A stretch of DNA of 63,987 nucleotides, the filler included. It is 9 parts of 9 records of this genome, joined end to end, with 100 filler letters (N's around TTAATTAATTAA, not from the genome) between each part and the next. Parts side by side here need not be neighbours in the genome. Positions count along the whole stretch, not along the records: positions 1 to 5,092 come from DRR723986_21820; positions 5,193 to 10,203 come from DRR723986_21868; 7 more parts are not named here. One strand, written 5' to 3'. Positions 1-10,303 of this stretch are shown in pieces. The notes beneath the pieces were generated by a model. It was not told the origin of the DNA. It worked only from the letters and a program-made list of their open reading frames with translations, and made no database searches. The translations under genes were made by a program, and so were the position numbers. Positions within the stretch are counted from its first letter, which is position 1; each line of letters starts with the position of its first letter.

Positions 1-463
1 GGTGAATGTTCTCCTTGGCCTCGGAGATGCCGGTGGCACGCGGGTTGTGGTTGCGCCACAGGGCGTCCAGCCAGCGTGGCCATTTCTGGCGGGCGGCATG
101 GACGGCCCGGTACAGGCTCTCCATCAGATCTGGAAGATCGCCGTCGATTTCCAGTCGACCGGCGGCATACAGGTCACCAAAGGCCAGATTGGGGTTGGCC
201 ACCAGGGAGTAGAGAGCCTTGTGGTCGGTCAGGTGCAGGGTGAAGCGGGCGTCCTGAACTTCCGGTTCTATGACATTGCCGTTCCAGAGCCGGAAACGAA
301 TGGGGGGAGAGCCGGCCATACGCATCAGTTTATGGATCAGCCAGCGTTCATAACTGTGGGGTTCGCGATCGGATTGACCGCGCTCCAGGGGCAGGCTGAG
401 GACGTGTGCCCGGTGTTCCTCCTTGTCCGGTAACTCCGGTTTATGAGCGGTACTCTGTGCCAT
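1..463 (-). CDS. cfa: Cyclopropane-fatty-acyl-phospholipid synthase family methyltransferase, N-terminal part (runs off window start)
   Basis: Not in ORF track. Manual minus-strand translation from ATG 463, with GGAG upstream: MAQSTAHKPE...IRFRLWNG...NPNLAFGDLYAAGRLEIDGDL...ISEAKENIH. This matches the Cfa N-terminus leading to the 'NI.HHYD' motif. Confidence 0.8.
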   Translation of the reverse strand, partial: MAQSTAHKPELPDKEEHRAHVLSLPLERGQSDREPHSYERWLIHKLMRMAGSPPIRFRLWNGNVIEPEVQDARFTLHLTDHKALYSLVANPNLAFGDLYAAGRLEIDGDLPDLMESLYRAVHAARQKWPRWLDALWRNHNPRATGISEAKENIH

Positions 464-606
464 GGAATGCTCTCTCCTCTGATTCGTTATGGTCCGTGCA
501 ATCCCGAAAACTGAACTGAGAGTCGCGGCTTTTTGACTCAGTATAGAAAATGATCAGGTTTTGTCAGGTCGGCGGACTGAAGACTGAGGGGCAGAGCGGG
601 TGGATG

Positions 607-634
607 GGCGGAGCCGGCATTGGCCGGCTCCGCC
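607..634. terminator. GC-rich hairpin downstream of dctM
   Basis: GGCGGAGCCGGC-ATTG-GCCGGCTCCGCC, a perfect 12-bp stem; no clear U-tract. Confidence 0.5.
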
Positions 635-657
635 AGAGTTGCAGGGTTATTCGGGGG

Positions 658-1956
658 TCAGTAGGTGGCGCTCATGCCGAACCATTCCGGGAAGATGACG
701 ATCAGCGCCAGCACCAGAATCTGGATCAGAATGAACGGAATAATACCCTTGTAGATATCCGTGGTTCGGACTTCCGGTGGTGCCACCCCTTTGAGGTAGA
801 ACAGCGAAAACCCGAATGGTGGTGTCAGGAAGCTGGTTTGCAGGTTCATGGCAATCAGGATGGCGAACCAGAGCATGTTGATGCCCATGGCCTCGGCCAC
901 CGGTGCCAGAATGGGCACGATGATGAAGGAAATCTCCACGAAATCGATGAAGAAGCCCAGCACCAGAATGACCACCATGGCCAGGATAATGAAGCCCCAT
1001 TGTTCGCCGGGCAGCATCATCAGCCACTCCTCCAGCAGATAATCGCCGCCGGTATAGCTGAACACCATGGAGAAGGCAGTCGCGCCGATCAGGATTGCGA
1101 ACACCATGGCGGTCACGCTGACGGTGTCTTTGGCGGCATCCCAGACCATTTTGAACGAGAACTGGCGGTAGATGATCGCGAGAACCACGGCACCAACACC
1201 GCCCAGTGCGGAGGATTCCGTGGGAGTGGCGATGCCGGTGAAGATGGAGCCCAGCACAATCACGATCAACGCCAGTGGCGGAATAATCGCAAGCAGGGCA
1301 TCCCGGATTTCCTTGCCCCGGCTGACCGATTCATCCTGGGCCGGCATGGCCGGTGCGGTTTCCGGCTTGAAACGGGTCAGGATCAGAATGTAGACAATGT
1401 ACAGGCCAATCAGTACCACGCCGGGCATGACCGCAGCCTTGAACAGATCGCCCACGGGCAGGCCAAGGACGTCACCCAGAATGATCAGGATGATCGATGG
1501 CGGCACAATCTGGCCCAGGGTGCCCGAGGCGCAGATGGTACCGGTGGCCAGGCGCTTGTCGTACTTGTGCGCGAGCATGACCGGAAGCGAAATCAGGCCC
1601 ATGGCAACCACGCTGGCGCCGACAACGCCGGTGGAGGCAGCCAGCAGAGCACCGACAAGAATGGTGGAAATAGCAAGGCCGCCGGGCAACCCGCCAAACA
1701 GCCGTCCCATGGAGGTCAGCAGTTGTTCAGCCAGCCTGGTGCGTTGCAGTACCACACCCATGAAGATGAACAGAGGCACTGCCATCAATACGGTGTTCTG
1801 CATCACGCTCATGATCCGGAAGGGCATGAAGGCAAAGAGATCCATGCCCTCGGCGTAGATACCGAAAAACAGCGCCACGCCGCCGAAGGTGAAGGCCACC
1901 GGAAAACCGAACATCAGCATGACCAGCGCCACGCCGAACATAATCATACCGATCAT
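658..1956 (-). CDS. dctM: TRAP transporter large permease
   Basis: 432-aa polytopic membrane protein with AVPLFIFMG, GTLGQIVPPS, ATPTES and TPPFG motifs. Confidence 0.95.
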   Translation of the reverse strand: MIGMIMFGVALVMLMFGFPVAFTFGGVALFFGIYAEGMDLFAFMPFRIMSVMQNTVLMAVPLFIFMGVVLQRTRLAEQLLTSMGRLFGGLPGGLAISTILVGALLAASTGVVGASVVAMGLISLPVMLAHKYDKRLATGTICASGTLGQIVPPSIILIILGDVLGLPVGDLFKAAVMPGVVLIGLYIVYILILTRFKPETAPAMPAQDESVSRGKEIRDALLAIIPPLALIVIVLGSIFTGIATPTESSALGGVGAVVLAIIYRQFSFKMVWDAAKDTVSVTAMVFAILIGATAFSMVFSYTGGDYLLEEWLMMLPGEQWGFIILAMVVILVLGFFIDFVEISFIIVPILAPVAEAMGINMLWFAILIAMNLQTSFLTPPFGFSLFYLKGVAPPEVRTTDIYKGIIPFILIQILVLALIVIFPEWFGMSATY

Positions 1957-2501
1957 GCCAGACCTCCTGCGCTGTGCTCACCTTCGTATTGCTTGTCACC
2001 GGCCATCACCCGGATGGCGTAGGTCACCATGTTCAGCCCGGCCGTTCCCATAAAGAAAGCGCTGACCGGAATCACGGATTTGATCACCCAGCGATGGGGT
2101 AGGCCACCGGGGTCGCCGCTGCCTTCGCCCATCTGGTACGCATCCATCGCGTAGCTGTAACCATAGGTGGCAATCAGGTAGGCGAACGGAATAACAAAAA
2201 GGACGGCACCAATCAGGTTAATCCAGGCTTTGCGCTTCTGGCTCCAGTTGGTGTAGAAAACGTCCACACGCACATGACCATCGGTGCGCAGGGCGTAGGG
2301 AATGCCAAGCAGGAAGACGACTGAATAAAGGTGCCATTCCATTTCCTGCATGGCGATGGACACATCGTTAAAGGCATAGCGTGCGACGACATCATAGAAA
2401 ACGTTGGCGGCCATCAGGATCATGGCCACACAGGCGATCCAGCCGCAGAGTTTGGAGAGCCAGGCCAGGCCCTCGTCCAGTCGGATAATCCAGCGCATCA
2501 A
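1953..2501 (-). CDS. dctQ: TRAP transporter small permease
   Basis: Four TM segments with QEMEWHL and HVRVD motifs; overlaps the dctM start. Confidence 0.93.
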   Translation of the reverse strand: MMRWIIRLDEGLAWLSKLCGWIACVAMILMAANVFYDVVARYAFNDVSIAMQEMEWHLYSVVFLLGIPYALRTDGHVRVDVFYTNWSQKRKAWINLIGAVLFVIPFAYLIATYGYSYAMDAYQMGEGSGDPGGLPHRWVIKSVIPVSAFFMGTAGLNMVTYAIRVMAGDKQYEGEHSAGGLA

Positions 2502-2543
2502 ACTTCTTCCTCCGCATGGCGGAATTTCTGAATGTTGGAAATG

Positions 2544-2579
2544 AAAAAGCCGGGATCACTTGGAAGAGCGATCCCGGCT
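2544..2579 (-). terminator. Stem-loop with U-tract between dctP and dctQ
   Basis: Minus strand reads AGCCGGGATC...GATCCCGGCTTTTT. Confidence 0.7.
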
Positions 2580-2602
2580 CTGATTCGTCATAAACGAATA
2601 GT

Positions 2603-3679
2603 TTACTCGACTTCGGCCATGGTGTTGAGGTAAGCCCGCTCCGAAATGTCGGTGTAAGCGCGGCTCTGCTCCAGATAATTGTGCTGGGATTCAATGATCT
2701 TCGCAGCCATCTCACTTTCTGCCGCGGCCTCTTTCAACAGCTTCTCGTTGGCCTCGTACATGGCCTGGAAAATGTCATCCGGGAAACGCTTGATCTGTAC
2801 GTTCGGATACTCTTCCTTGATGTTCGCCCAGGCTTCGGCGTTGGCGTGCTGAGAGTGAACCAGCATGTCATAGGAAGCGGTACGCATGGCTACCCGCATG
2901 ATTTCCTGAAGGTCTGCCGGCAGGCGATCCCAGACGCGCTTGTTGATCAGGAACTGCAGCTCGGTTGCCGGTTCGTGCCAGCCGGTGTAGTAGTAGTCAG
3001 CAATCTGCTGGAAACCAAGACGCAGATCCAGCGCAGGGCCTACCCACTCAACGGCATCAATCGTATTGCGCTCCAGAGCGGTGTAGAGCTCGCCCGGGGC
3101 GATGTTAGTGGGGTTAACACCCACTTCTGCGAAGACTTCGCCGGCAAAGCCGGGAATACGCATTTTCAGACCCTTGAGGTCATCCAGGGATTTGATTTCC
3201 TTGCGGAACCAGCCGCCCATCTGTACGCCGGTGTTGCCGCCAGGGAACGACAGCATGTTGTGGGGCTCATACACTTCCTGCATCAGCTCCATGCCGCCAC
3301 CGTGGTAGAACCACGCATACTGTTCCATGGCATTCATGCCAAATGGCATGCTGGTGAAGAACAGGGTTTCCGGCACCTTGCCCTTCCAGTAATAGGAGGC
3401 GGAGTGGCCCATGTCGTACTGACCGGCCTTGACCATGTCGAATACGCCCAGCGGGGCTTTGTGCTTGTTGGCTGAGTCAATGCGGACGGTCAGTCGGCCA
3501 TCAGACATCTTGTTAACGGTTTCAGCGAAGCGTTTGGTGGTGTCACCAAAAATGGGGAAGTTCGGGCCCCAGGTTTCTGCCAGTCGCAGGGTGAACTTGT
3601 CTTGGGCAAGCGCCTGGGTGGCGGCAAAGGTAGTTGCCACAGCCAGCACAGCCGCGGAAAGAACAGAACGGATCTTCAT
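2603..3679 (-). CDS. dctP: TRAP substrate-binding protein (TakP/monocarboxylate-like subfamily)
   Basis: Signal peptide; SASYYWKGK, GNTGVQMGGWF, GLKMRIPG and YYYTGWHEP motifs. Confidence 0.93.
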   Translation of the reverse strand: MKIRSVLSAAVLAVATTFAATQALAQDKFTLRLAETWGPNFPIFGDTTKRFAETVNKMSDGRLTVRIDSANKHKAPLGVFDMVKAGQYDMGHSASYYWKGKVPETLFFTSMPFGMNAMEQYAWFYHGGGMELMQEVYEPHNMLSFPGGNTGVQMGGWFRKEIKSLDDLKGLKMRIPGFAGEVFAEVGVNPTNIAPGELYTALERNTIDAVEWVGPALDLRLGFQQIADYYYTGWHEPATELQFLINKRVWDRLPADLQEIMRVAMRTASYDMLVHSQHANAEAWANIKEEYPNVQIKRFPDDIFQAMYEANEKLLKEAAAESEMAAKIIESQHNYLEQSRAYTDISERAYLNTMAEVE

Positions 3680-3818
3680 TGCTCTTCTAACCTCTTGTCG
3701 TTGTTGTAGTAGAGCCCGGCCCCTCGTGGGGTCCGGAACTCAAGAGTGTAGTTCAGATTAGCAACTATGGCGGGTGGGCTGCAGCAAAAAATTGCCGGAC
3801 TACGACATTGGTCTAACG

Positions 3819-4277
3819 TTAGATGTCGTTCATTCGACCGATCTGGCTGGCCAGGCGCATGGCCTCATGCTCCTCCAGGGATTTCAGATCCTCCAGCAGG
3901 GATTTGGCCTCGGGAATCTCGGCTTTGCCGATCAGGGAGTCGTACAGGTCCATCACCTGGTCGTGGAAATCAAAGATCTCCCGGGCGATACCGTCAAAGT
4001 CCAGATCGTTATAGCGGGTATCGCAGGTGCGGTTCTTCTCGATGGGTTTATGCACGCCATAATCGTACAGGCGGGTGGTCATGGCTTTCGGGTCGGCCTG
4101 TTTCTCGTACTCGGCAACAGCCTTTTCCAGCAGTGCCTCGTGGGAACTGATGTAATCGAGCAAGGCGCTGGCGCGTTCGTCCTGATTTTTCTGGGCGGAA
4201 TCGTGCAGGCACCGGGCAAGGTGGGCGTGGAGCTGGCGTGTCCAGTCAATCAGGTCTGCGAAGGTTTTGATTTCCAT
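3819..4277 (-). CDS. Conserved hypothetical helical protein, probable ferritin-like fold
   Basis: 152 aa, all-helical pattern with repeated E/H motifs (SHEALLE, EEHEAMR). Confidence 0.65.
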   Translation of the reverse strand: MEIKTFADLIDWTRQLHAHLARCLHDSAQKNQDERASALLDYISSHEALLEKAVAEYEKQADPKAMTTRLYDYGVHKPIEKNRTCDTRYNDLDFDGIAREIFDFHDQVMDLYDSLIGKAEIPEAKSLLEDLKSLEEHEAMRLASQIGRMNDI

Positions 4278-4329
4278 GGCGTCTTACTCTTGTCAGGCAA
4301 TGGGTTTCAGGTTTTTTGTTGTGTTCAGT

Positions 4330-5092
4330 CTAGTCAAGATTTTCCGCTTTTTTCGGTACCGGGGCGTTGATCAACGTCAGACCAGTATCCGGTACGGCAC
4401 GTTTGCGCCACTGCCGGAACCAGCGCAGAGCGGGTTTTTCGATACCGTAATGCAGGGCTGCCGCCAGACCAATGGCAACGGTCAGGGCCATCATCACACC
4501 AAGTTGGCCGGGTAGACCGGATTTGTAAGCCAGATCAATCACGCCATAACCAATGTTCTGGTGCACCAGGTACAGGGTGTATGAAATGCTGCCCAGCCAG
4601 AGCATTCCCGGCCGTGCCAGAACGTTGAGATAGCCGGCTACGGCCAGCCCGAAAACGCCATAACAGCCGAGCACAAAGAGGTTGAACGGTGCCTTGTAAG
4701 CGAGCAGGCATTGGCTGACGGTTAGTGTCAATAGCGCAAGATCCGCGACCGGCAAGCGGTTGTGGCGGTGCCAGCGGTAGATCAGCATGCCGCTGATGAA
4801 CAGGGGCGCGTAGCGGGTAAACAACAGGTCCTTGATCAGGAACTCCAGCCCATCGGGGATGGCTTTCCACCAGATCACTGCCGCATAGCTGGCCAGAGTC
4901 CAGGCCCAGAGCATTGGCTGCATGCGCTGCCAGCTTCCCAGCCCGTAGAACAACAAGGCAATCCAGACGTAGAACGTGGCTTCAATCACCAGGCTCCAGT
5001 AGGCGCCATCGACATGGGGGTGGCCCAGGTATTCGTGCAGCAGGGTGATGTTCAGTAGCGCCGAGCCCGGGCTCACCATGCGGTCAGTTGGC
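4330..5092 (-). CDS. Acyltransferase family 3 (OafA-like), 5'-truncated by contig end
   Basis: VDGAYWSLVIEATFY, LGSISYTLYLVH and HYGIEKP motifs; the frame stays open into the gap. Confidence 0.88.
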
Positions 5093-5192
5093 NNNNNNNN
5101 NNNNNNNNNNNNNNNNNNNNNNNNNNNNNNNNNNNNTTAATTAATTAANNNNNNNNNNNNNNNNNNNNNNNNNNNNNNNNNNNNNNNNNNNN
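5093..5192. other. Artificial contig spacer 1
   Basis: N44-TTAATTAATTAA-N44, a six-frame stop linker. Confidence 0.99.
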
Positions 5193-5772
5193 CCGCAAGC
5201 ACCAGTTTGCGGGCAACCAGCTGTTGCTTGGCGGCCTGGCACTGTACGTTTTCATGGATGCCGGCCTGAGACTGGTGATGGCCTCTGGCGGCACCGTGGC
5301 AGCACGCCTGCTGAACTGGATGTACGGCTCCACCTGGCTGATCTCGGAATCCGAAGCCATCGGTTTACTGGCACTGGTGGTAGGCCTTTCGACCTTGCTC
5401 TTGCTTGCCCTGCGACCGCTCACACTACTGCCCCTGGGCGAAACATCCGCCTCTGCCCTGGGACTGCGGGTGCCACGGGCGCGACTTCTTCTACTGGTGC
5501 TGGCTGCCATGCTGACCGCGGCGTCGACTGTAGTGATAGGGCCATTAAGCTTCGTCGGGTTGATCGCCCCGCACCTGGCCCGGGTACTGGGGCAGCAGAC
5601 CGTGGGCCGGCAAATGCTGGTCGCAGCCCTGGCGGGGGGGCTACTGCTTTCACTGGCCGACTACCTGGCCCGGGTTCTGGTGTATCCCAATCAGCTACCC
5701 GCGGGGCTGCTGGCCGCCCTGGTCGGCGGCTTGTACTTCCTGTGGGGGCTCAGCCGTCATGGTCGCGGCTGA
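5193..5772 (+). CDS. fhuB: Ferric-hydroxamate ABC permease, C-terminal part
   Basis: FecCD motifs LGETSASALG, IGPLSFVGLIAPHLAR and QLPAG. Confidence 0.85.
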
Positions 5773-6520
5773 GGCAGCGACGCAATGGCTGACGGATTAC
5801 CACAATCTGTTGGCCCGCCACGGCCTTGACGCTACCACTCTGATGGACAGCGCACTGGCACCCGCCAACCGCGAACAACCCGCGTTGTTCTCCCTGGCCC
5901 AGCTACTGGCAAATCCAGACCTTCTGCAACAACAGGTCCTCAAGGACTATCAGGATGCCGATCATCCGCGACTCCGCAAGGCGCGGCTTTCTGTCCTGCA
6001 CCAGAGCCTGGCACTTCAGATTATCGGACCATTGGTGATCCGGCTGTTCAGGGATGGCAGCAGTGCTGCACTCGATCCCCGGCGGGTTTTCCTGTGCCCG
6101 ACAACATCAACACCAGCGGACCCGTCTCGCTGGCAATATGCGGCCAGTGAACAGGAGATCATGGAGCCTGAGGCGTTCATAAGAATTCTCAGTGAACAGA
6201 TGCAAGACTGGTACGGTGTGTTCCGGCAGCATTTCGGGGTTAGTCCAGGGGCCTACTGGAGCAGTGTCGGGCTGGCGTTGGGTGCGCCCTATTCGGTGGT
6301 GTGGAACCGGGTTAATCCGGCAGAGTTGTGTAAGCAGGCCGGTAGCTGGCTGGCGCAGTTCAAATGCGAGGCCAACCGATACATTGACTGGATTCCGGCA
6401 GAATTCAGCCAACAGTGGTGTGCCATCCCTCAGCGCAAAGGGTGCTGTCTCAAATATTTATTGCCCGGAGGCGGCTATTGCGGAACATGTGGGATCTATC
6501 GGAAAGAGCGGATCAGCTAG
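5759..6520 (+). CDS. FhuF-like ferric siderophore reductase (2Fe-2S)
   Basis: C-terminal RKGCCLKYLLPGGGYCGTC (CC-x10-C-x2-C) signature; lies directly after fhuB. Confidence 0.82.
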   Translation: MVAAEAATQWLTDYHNLLARHGLDATTLMDSALAPANREQPALFSLAQLLANPDLLQQQVLKDYQDADHPRLRKARLSVLHQSLALQIIGPLVIRLFRDGSSAALDPRRVFLCPTTSTPADPSRWQYAASEQEIMEPEAFIRILSEQMQDWYGVFRQHFGVSPGAYWSSVGLALGAPYSVVWNRVNPAELCKQAGSWLAQFKCEANRYIDWIPAEFSQQWCAIPQRKGCCLKYLLPGGGYCGTCGIYRKERIS

Positions 6521-6626
6521 CTCCGACCATCGAAACCAGTATCACTCCCAACGCAATCAATCCTATGACGGCACCTGAACCTGCCGCCAGCTTCAATCCA
6601 TCGCGTATTTCCTGTTCCGGATTCAT
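6513..6626 (-). CDS. Small single-TM protein, 37 aa
   Basis: Not in ORF track. Sequence MNPEQEIRDGLKLAAGSGAVIGLIALGVILVSMVGAS; AAGGAG lies 7 nt before the ATG. Confidence 0.5.
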   Translation of the reverse strand: MNPEQEIRDGLKLAAGSGAVIGLIALGVILVSMVGAS

Positions 6627-6653
6627 GCTCACTCTCCTTGAGGCTTGATCAAC

Positions 6654-6689
6654 AAAAACCGGGGCAGCCAGCGCAGCGCCGACTGCCCC
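6654..6689 (-). terminator. Intrinsic terminator of TonB-dependent receptor gene
   Basis: Minus strand reads GGGGCAGTCGGCGC-T-GCGCTGGCTGCCCC-GGTTTTT. Confidence 0.7.
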
Positions 6690-6698
6690 ACTCTGTGA

Positions 6699-8876
6699 TT
6701 AATACACCCAGGAAACGGTCAGGCTGGCATTGGCCGGCTCACCGTAGAAACCCTGGGCCGAGGCACCAAATTTCTTCAGGCTCTCGATGTACTTCTCGTC
6801 GGTCACGTTGTTTACGTTCAGGGTTGCATTCCAGTGTCGGGCGAAATCATAGCTTGCCATCAGATCCAGCACCGCATAGCTGTCCTGCTCTGTGACGATG
6901 GTCTCACCGGCATTCGGGCCGGTAGTCGCAACACCCTGTTCCTGGGTAATCTCAGACTGCCAGCGTACCTTGCCACCAAGCTTCAACCCTTCGACCCCCG
7001 GCACCTTCCAGGTAGCGCGCAACTGGGCTAGATGCTCTGGCACGAAGGACTTGGCCCCTTTACCATCCTTGTCCTCAATATCCACATAGGTATAACCGGC
7101 GAAGAGCTGAATTCGGTCGGTGAGATCACCCACTATTTCGGCCTCCACACCCTGGCTGGTCAACCCATCCACAGCGGTGTAATAAGAATCATTGGTTCCG
7201 GAGAACACTCCTTCTGCCTCGGCTACGTTCTTCTGCTCAGTCTGGAACAAAGCAATAGTGGTGTTCACACGGTCGTTCTGAAACTCACTTTTCAGGCCCA
7301 GCTCATAGTTGACCCCGTCAATAGGATCCAGTCGATCACGATTGATGTCCACCTCAGTCTGGGGAGTGAAAATCTCGGTATAGCTGGCGTAGACCGAATG
7401 ATCATCATTGATGTCGTAGATCAGACCTGCATAGGGTGTTTTCACGGCATCGTAGCCGCTTTCCTTGGTCGCTCCGTAGCTTTCGCCCTTGTTATCCAGC
7501 CAGGTCAGACGGAGCCCTGTAATGGCGGTGAGTTGATCGGTCAGCGACCAACGAGCGGCAGCATAGGTGGACGTTTCGCGGTCGGTCCAGTCAGAGCCGC
7601 CGACACCATTATCAAAAGCAGGCTTGGGGTAGTTCCCAACCCACTCATTGAGCGGTGGTAAGGGATTCCCGATGCCGCGGCCATAGCGAGACTCGTCCAC
7701 CGTTTCTGAGCGAGACCAGGATGCCCCCAAAACCAGCTCATGGGTTCGATCAGCCAGTTGGAACGGGCCGGTAGCGTATGCATCCACGACCCACTGCTCT
7801 ACATCCAGGTCGTACTGACTGGGGTAGGCTTTAAGTCCCTCACCCGTTTGGCGATCCGGAGTACCATACTGATAAAAGAGTTCGGACTCACTTTCATTCT
7901 CCAGCCGGAACACCGTGCCCGTGGCTCTCCAGCCACCAGCAAGCTCCTGACGCAATTCAACAAAGCTGTTGTGCTGGGTGTTGTCCCAGTAGGACCAGTC
8001 TGAAGCCGTGCTGGTTGAACGCGCAAAATCCGTCGCTGAGCCATCGGAGTAGAACAAAGGCAGCGCCCCCCACAACGGACTGTCTGTATCAGACGTCTGA
8101 ACGGCGTGGCCAAGGGTCAGCAACGTGGTATCGGTCAGGTCTGCTTCCAGCACCCCGTAGAACATCTGCTTTTCGTTGTTATACCGGTCAAGGTAGGAGC
8201 CTTTGTCCTCATAACCGGCAACCACACGGCCGCGCACCGCCCCGGATTCAGACACGGCACCGGAAACATCACCGACAATCCGTTTTTTGTCCCAGGAACC
8301 ACCAGTCACCGCAACCGAGGCATTGGTGTCAGCGGTTGGGCGCTTGCGGATAAAGTTGACTGTGGCGGCCGGGCTGCCGGAACCGGTCATCAAACCGTTG
8401 GCGCCCCGAACCACCTCCACGCGATCAAAGAAAGCGGTGTCCAGCTCACCCCGAACGTTGTCATATACCGCCGGCATGCCAACACCGTCGTACTGGAAGT
8501 TGTTGATATCGAAACCACGTGAGGTGTAGTACGTGCGGTCTGTTTCCACCGACTCTACGGTGACACCGGTGGTGCCTTCCAGAACATCGTTAATGTCGTT
8601 CTGGGCGAAATCGTCCATCTGTTCGCGGGTAATGACCGTGACGGCCTGAGGGACCTCCCGGTGTGACAGCTCCATCTTCATGGAGGTTGTGCTGGCTCCG
8701 CTGATGTAGCTCTCCGTCGTTTCCGAGGCCACCTGGCCACGGGTTGCGGTAACATCCAGGGCTTCCAATGCCTTCGGTTCGCTGCCCTGCGCTGCTGCCA
8801 GTCCCGGCAGAGTCGCACACATCATGGCAGTGATCAGGGTTTTTCTTCTAAATCGGGGCTCCGGATTCAGAGACAT
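6699..8876 (-). CDS. TonB-dependent siderophore receptor (FhuE/FpvA-like)
   Basis: Signal peptide, TonB box LDVTA, plug motifs EVPQAVTVITR and DRVEVVRGANGL, NVNNVTDEKY, and a C-terminal aromatic residue. Confidence 0.93.
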   Translation of the reverse strand: MSLNPEPRFRRKTLITAMMCATLPGLAAAQGSEPKALEALDVTATRGQVASETTESYISGASTTSMKMELSHREVPQAVTVITREQMDDFAQNDINDVLEGTTGVTVESVETDRTYYTSRGFDINNFQYDGVGMPAVYDNVRGELDTAFFDRVEVVRGANGLMTGSGSPAATVNFIRKRPTADTNASVAVTGGSWDKKRIVGDVSGAVSESGAVRGRVVAGYEDKGSYLDRYNNEKQMFYGVLEADLTDTTLLTLGHAVQTSDTDSPLWGALPLFYSDGSATDFARSTSTASDWSYWDNTQHNSFVELRQELAGGWRATGTVFRLENESESELFYQYGTPDRQTGEGLKAYPSQYDLDVEQWVVDAYATGPFQLADRTHELVLGASWSRSETVDESRYGRGIGNPLPPLNEWVGNYPKPAFDNGVGGSDWTDRETSTYAAARWSLTDQLTAITGLRLTWLDNKGESYGATKESGYDAVKTPYAGLIYDINDDHSVYASYTEIFTPQTEVDINRDRLDPIDGVNYELGLKSEFQNDRVNTTIALFQTEQKNVAEAEGVFSGTNDSYYTAVDGLTSQGVEAEIVGDLTDRIQLFAGYTYVDIEDKDGKGAKSFVPEHLAQLRATWKVPGVEGLKLGGKVRWQSEITQEQGVATTGPNAGETIVTEQDSYAVLDLMASYDFARHWNATLNVNNVTDEKYIESLKKFGASAQGFYGEPANASLTVSWVY

Positions 8877-8926
8877 CTAACGGCTCCTTGGTTGATTAAG
8901 ACCACGTCATTTTTAAACCCCACTAT

Positions 8927-8948
8927 GTTAATGCGAATGGTTTAGATT
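8927..8948. promoter_or_regulatory. Putative Fur box
   Basis: GTTAATGCGAATGGTTTAGATT; by eye 11-12/19 match to Fur consensus; about 50 nt upstream of the receptor start. Confidence 0.5.
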
Positions 8949-9089
8949 TGAAATACCAAATGTAAATGCTCAGAAATTATCGCGAAACTCTATATCTCCA
9001 GAGGCTCGCATCGGCCGCAATACCACGACCTGCTATGGTTATTGCAGGTGCTGAAGATCTCTAAGAACAACAGAGAGGCGGAGACGGAT

Positions 9090-10203
9090 ATGTTCAAGCG
9101 CAAATTCTGGAAGTGGACTCTGGCCAGCCTACTGGTCTCGGCAGCCCTGGCCACACAGGCAAACCAGACCTATCAATCCGAAAAGGCAGACTTTCATCTG
9201 GAAACCGTAGCCGCAGGGCTGGAACACCCCTGGGCCATCGCTTTCCTGCCCGACGGATCTGCACTGATTACCGAAAGGGAGGGCCGTTTACGAATTCTGG
9301 AAGATGGGCAACTTCGCAGTGAACCAGTCAAAGGCCTGCCGGAGCTAGTCGTTTCGGGCCAGGGTGGCCTGCTGGATGTACTGCTGCATCCGGATTTCGA
9401 GGCTAACCGGCTGTTGTTCCTTAGCTACGCTCACCGTAATCGCGAGGGCATGACCACCCGGGTTGCCCGGGCGACTCTGGCTGACGACTCTTTGCAAGAT
9501 GTCGAGGTGATCTTCGAGGCTCTTCCCCGTTCAAACACCAGCCGGCACTTCGCGGGCCGGATGCAGTTTGATCGCGACGGCAATCTATACATCTCAGTCG
9601 GTGACCGGGGTGAAATGGATCGTGCTCAGGATACCGCAGACGATGCCGGTGGCGTTCACAGAATCACCATCAGCGGTGAGCCGGCAGAGGACAACCCCTT
9701 TGCCGATCAAAGCGGCTTCAACGCGTCTTTCTTCACCTATGGCAACCGCAACATTCAGGGTATGACCCGGCACCCACAAACCGGTGAGATCTGGAGCCAT
9801 GAACATGGCCCCCGGGGCGGCGATGAGGTCAACGTCCTTCGCGCGGGTAATAACTATGGCTGGCCCAAGGTCACCTACGGCATTGACTACTCGGGCCTGC
9901 CGATCTCCAGCCGTACCACGATGGAAGGCATCACAGAACCATTGCATTACTGGGACCCATCCATTGCGCCCTCTGGCATGGTGTTCTATACCGGAGATCT
10001 GTTCCCGCAATGGCAGGGCGATCTGTTTGTCGGCGCCCTGAAGCTTCAGAAACTGGTGCGCTTGTCCCTCGACGGAGAAAAAGTCATCGAGGAGGAAGAT
10101 CTGCTCACCGACGTGGGTGAACGTATCCGCGATGTGCGTATGGGGCCAGACGGCGCACTCTGGCTGCTGACCGACTCCGATAACGGCAAGGTATACCGGA
10201 TGG
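9090..10203 (+). CDS. PQQ-dependent sugar dehydrogenase (YliI/Asd family), 3'-truncated
   Basis: LEHPW, GQGGLLDV, YGNRNIQG, EHGPRGGDE, NYGWP and SIAPSG motifs. Confidence 0.92.
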
Positions 10204-10303
10204 NNNNNNNNNNNNNNNNNNNNNNNNNNNNNNNNNNNNNNNNNNNNTTAATTAATTAANNNNNNNNNNNNNNNNNNNNNNNNNNNNNNNNNNNNNNNNN
10301 NNN
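10204..10303. other. Artificial contig spacer 2
   Basis: N-run with TTAATTAATTAA. Confidence 0.99.

Noticed and set aside
2..2022. Plus-strand ORFs 2-433 and 550-2022 (His/Gln-rich)
   Set aside because: Antisense shadows of cfa and dctM in GC-rich DNA.
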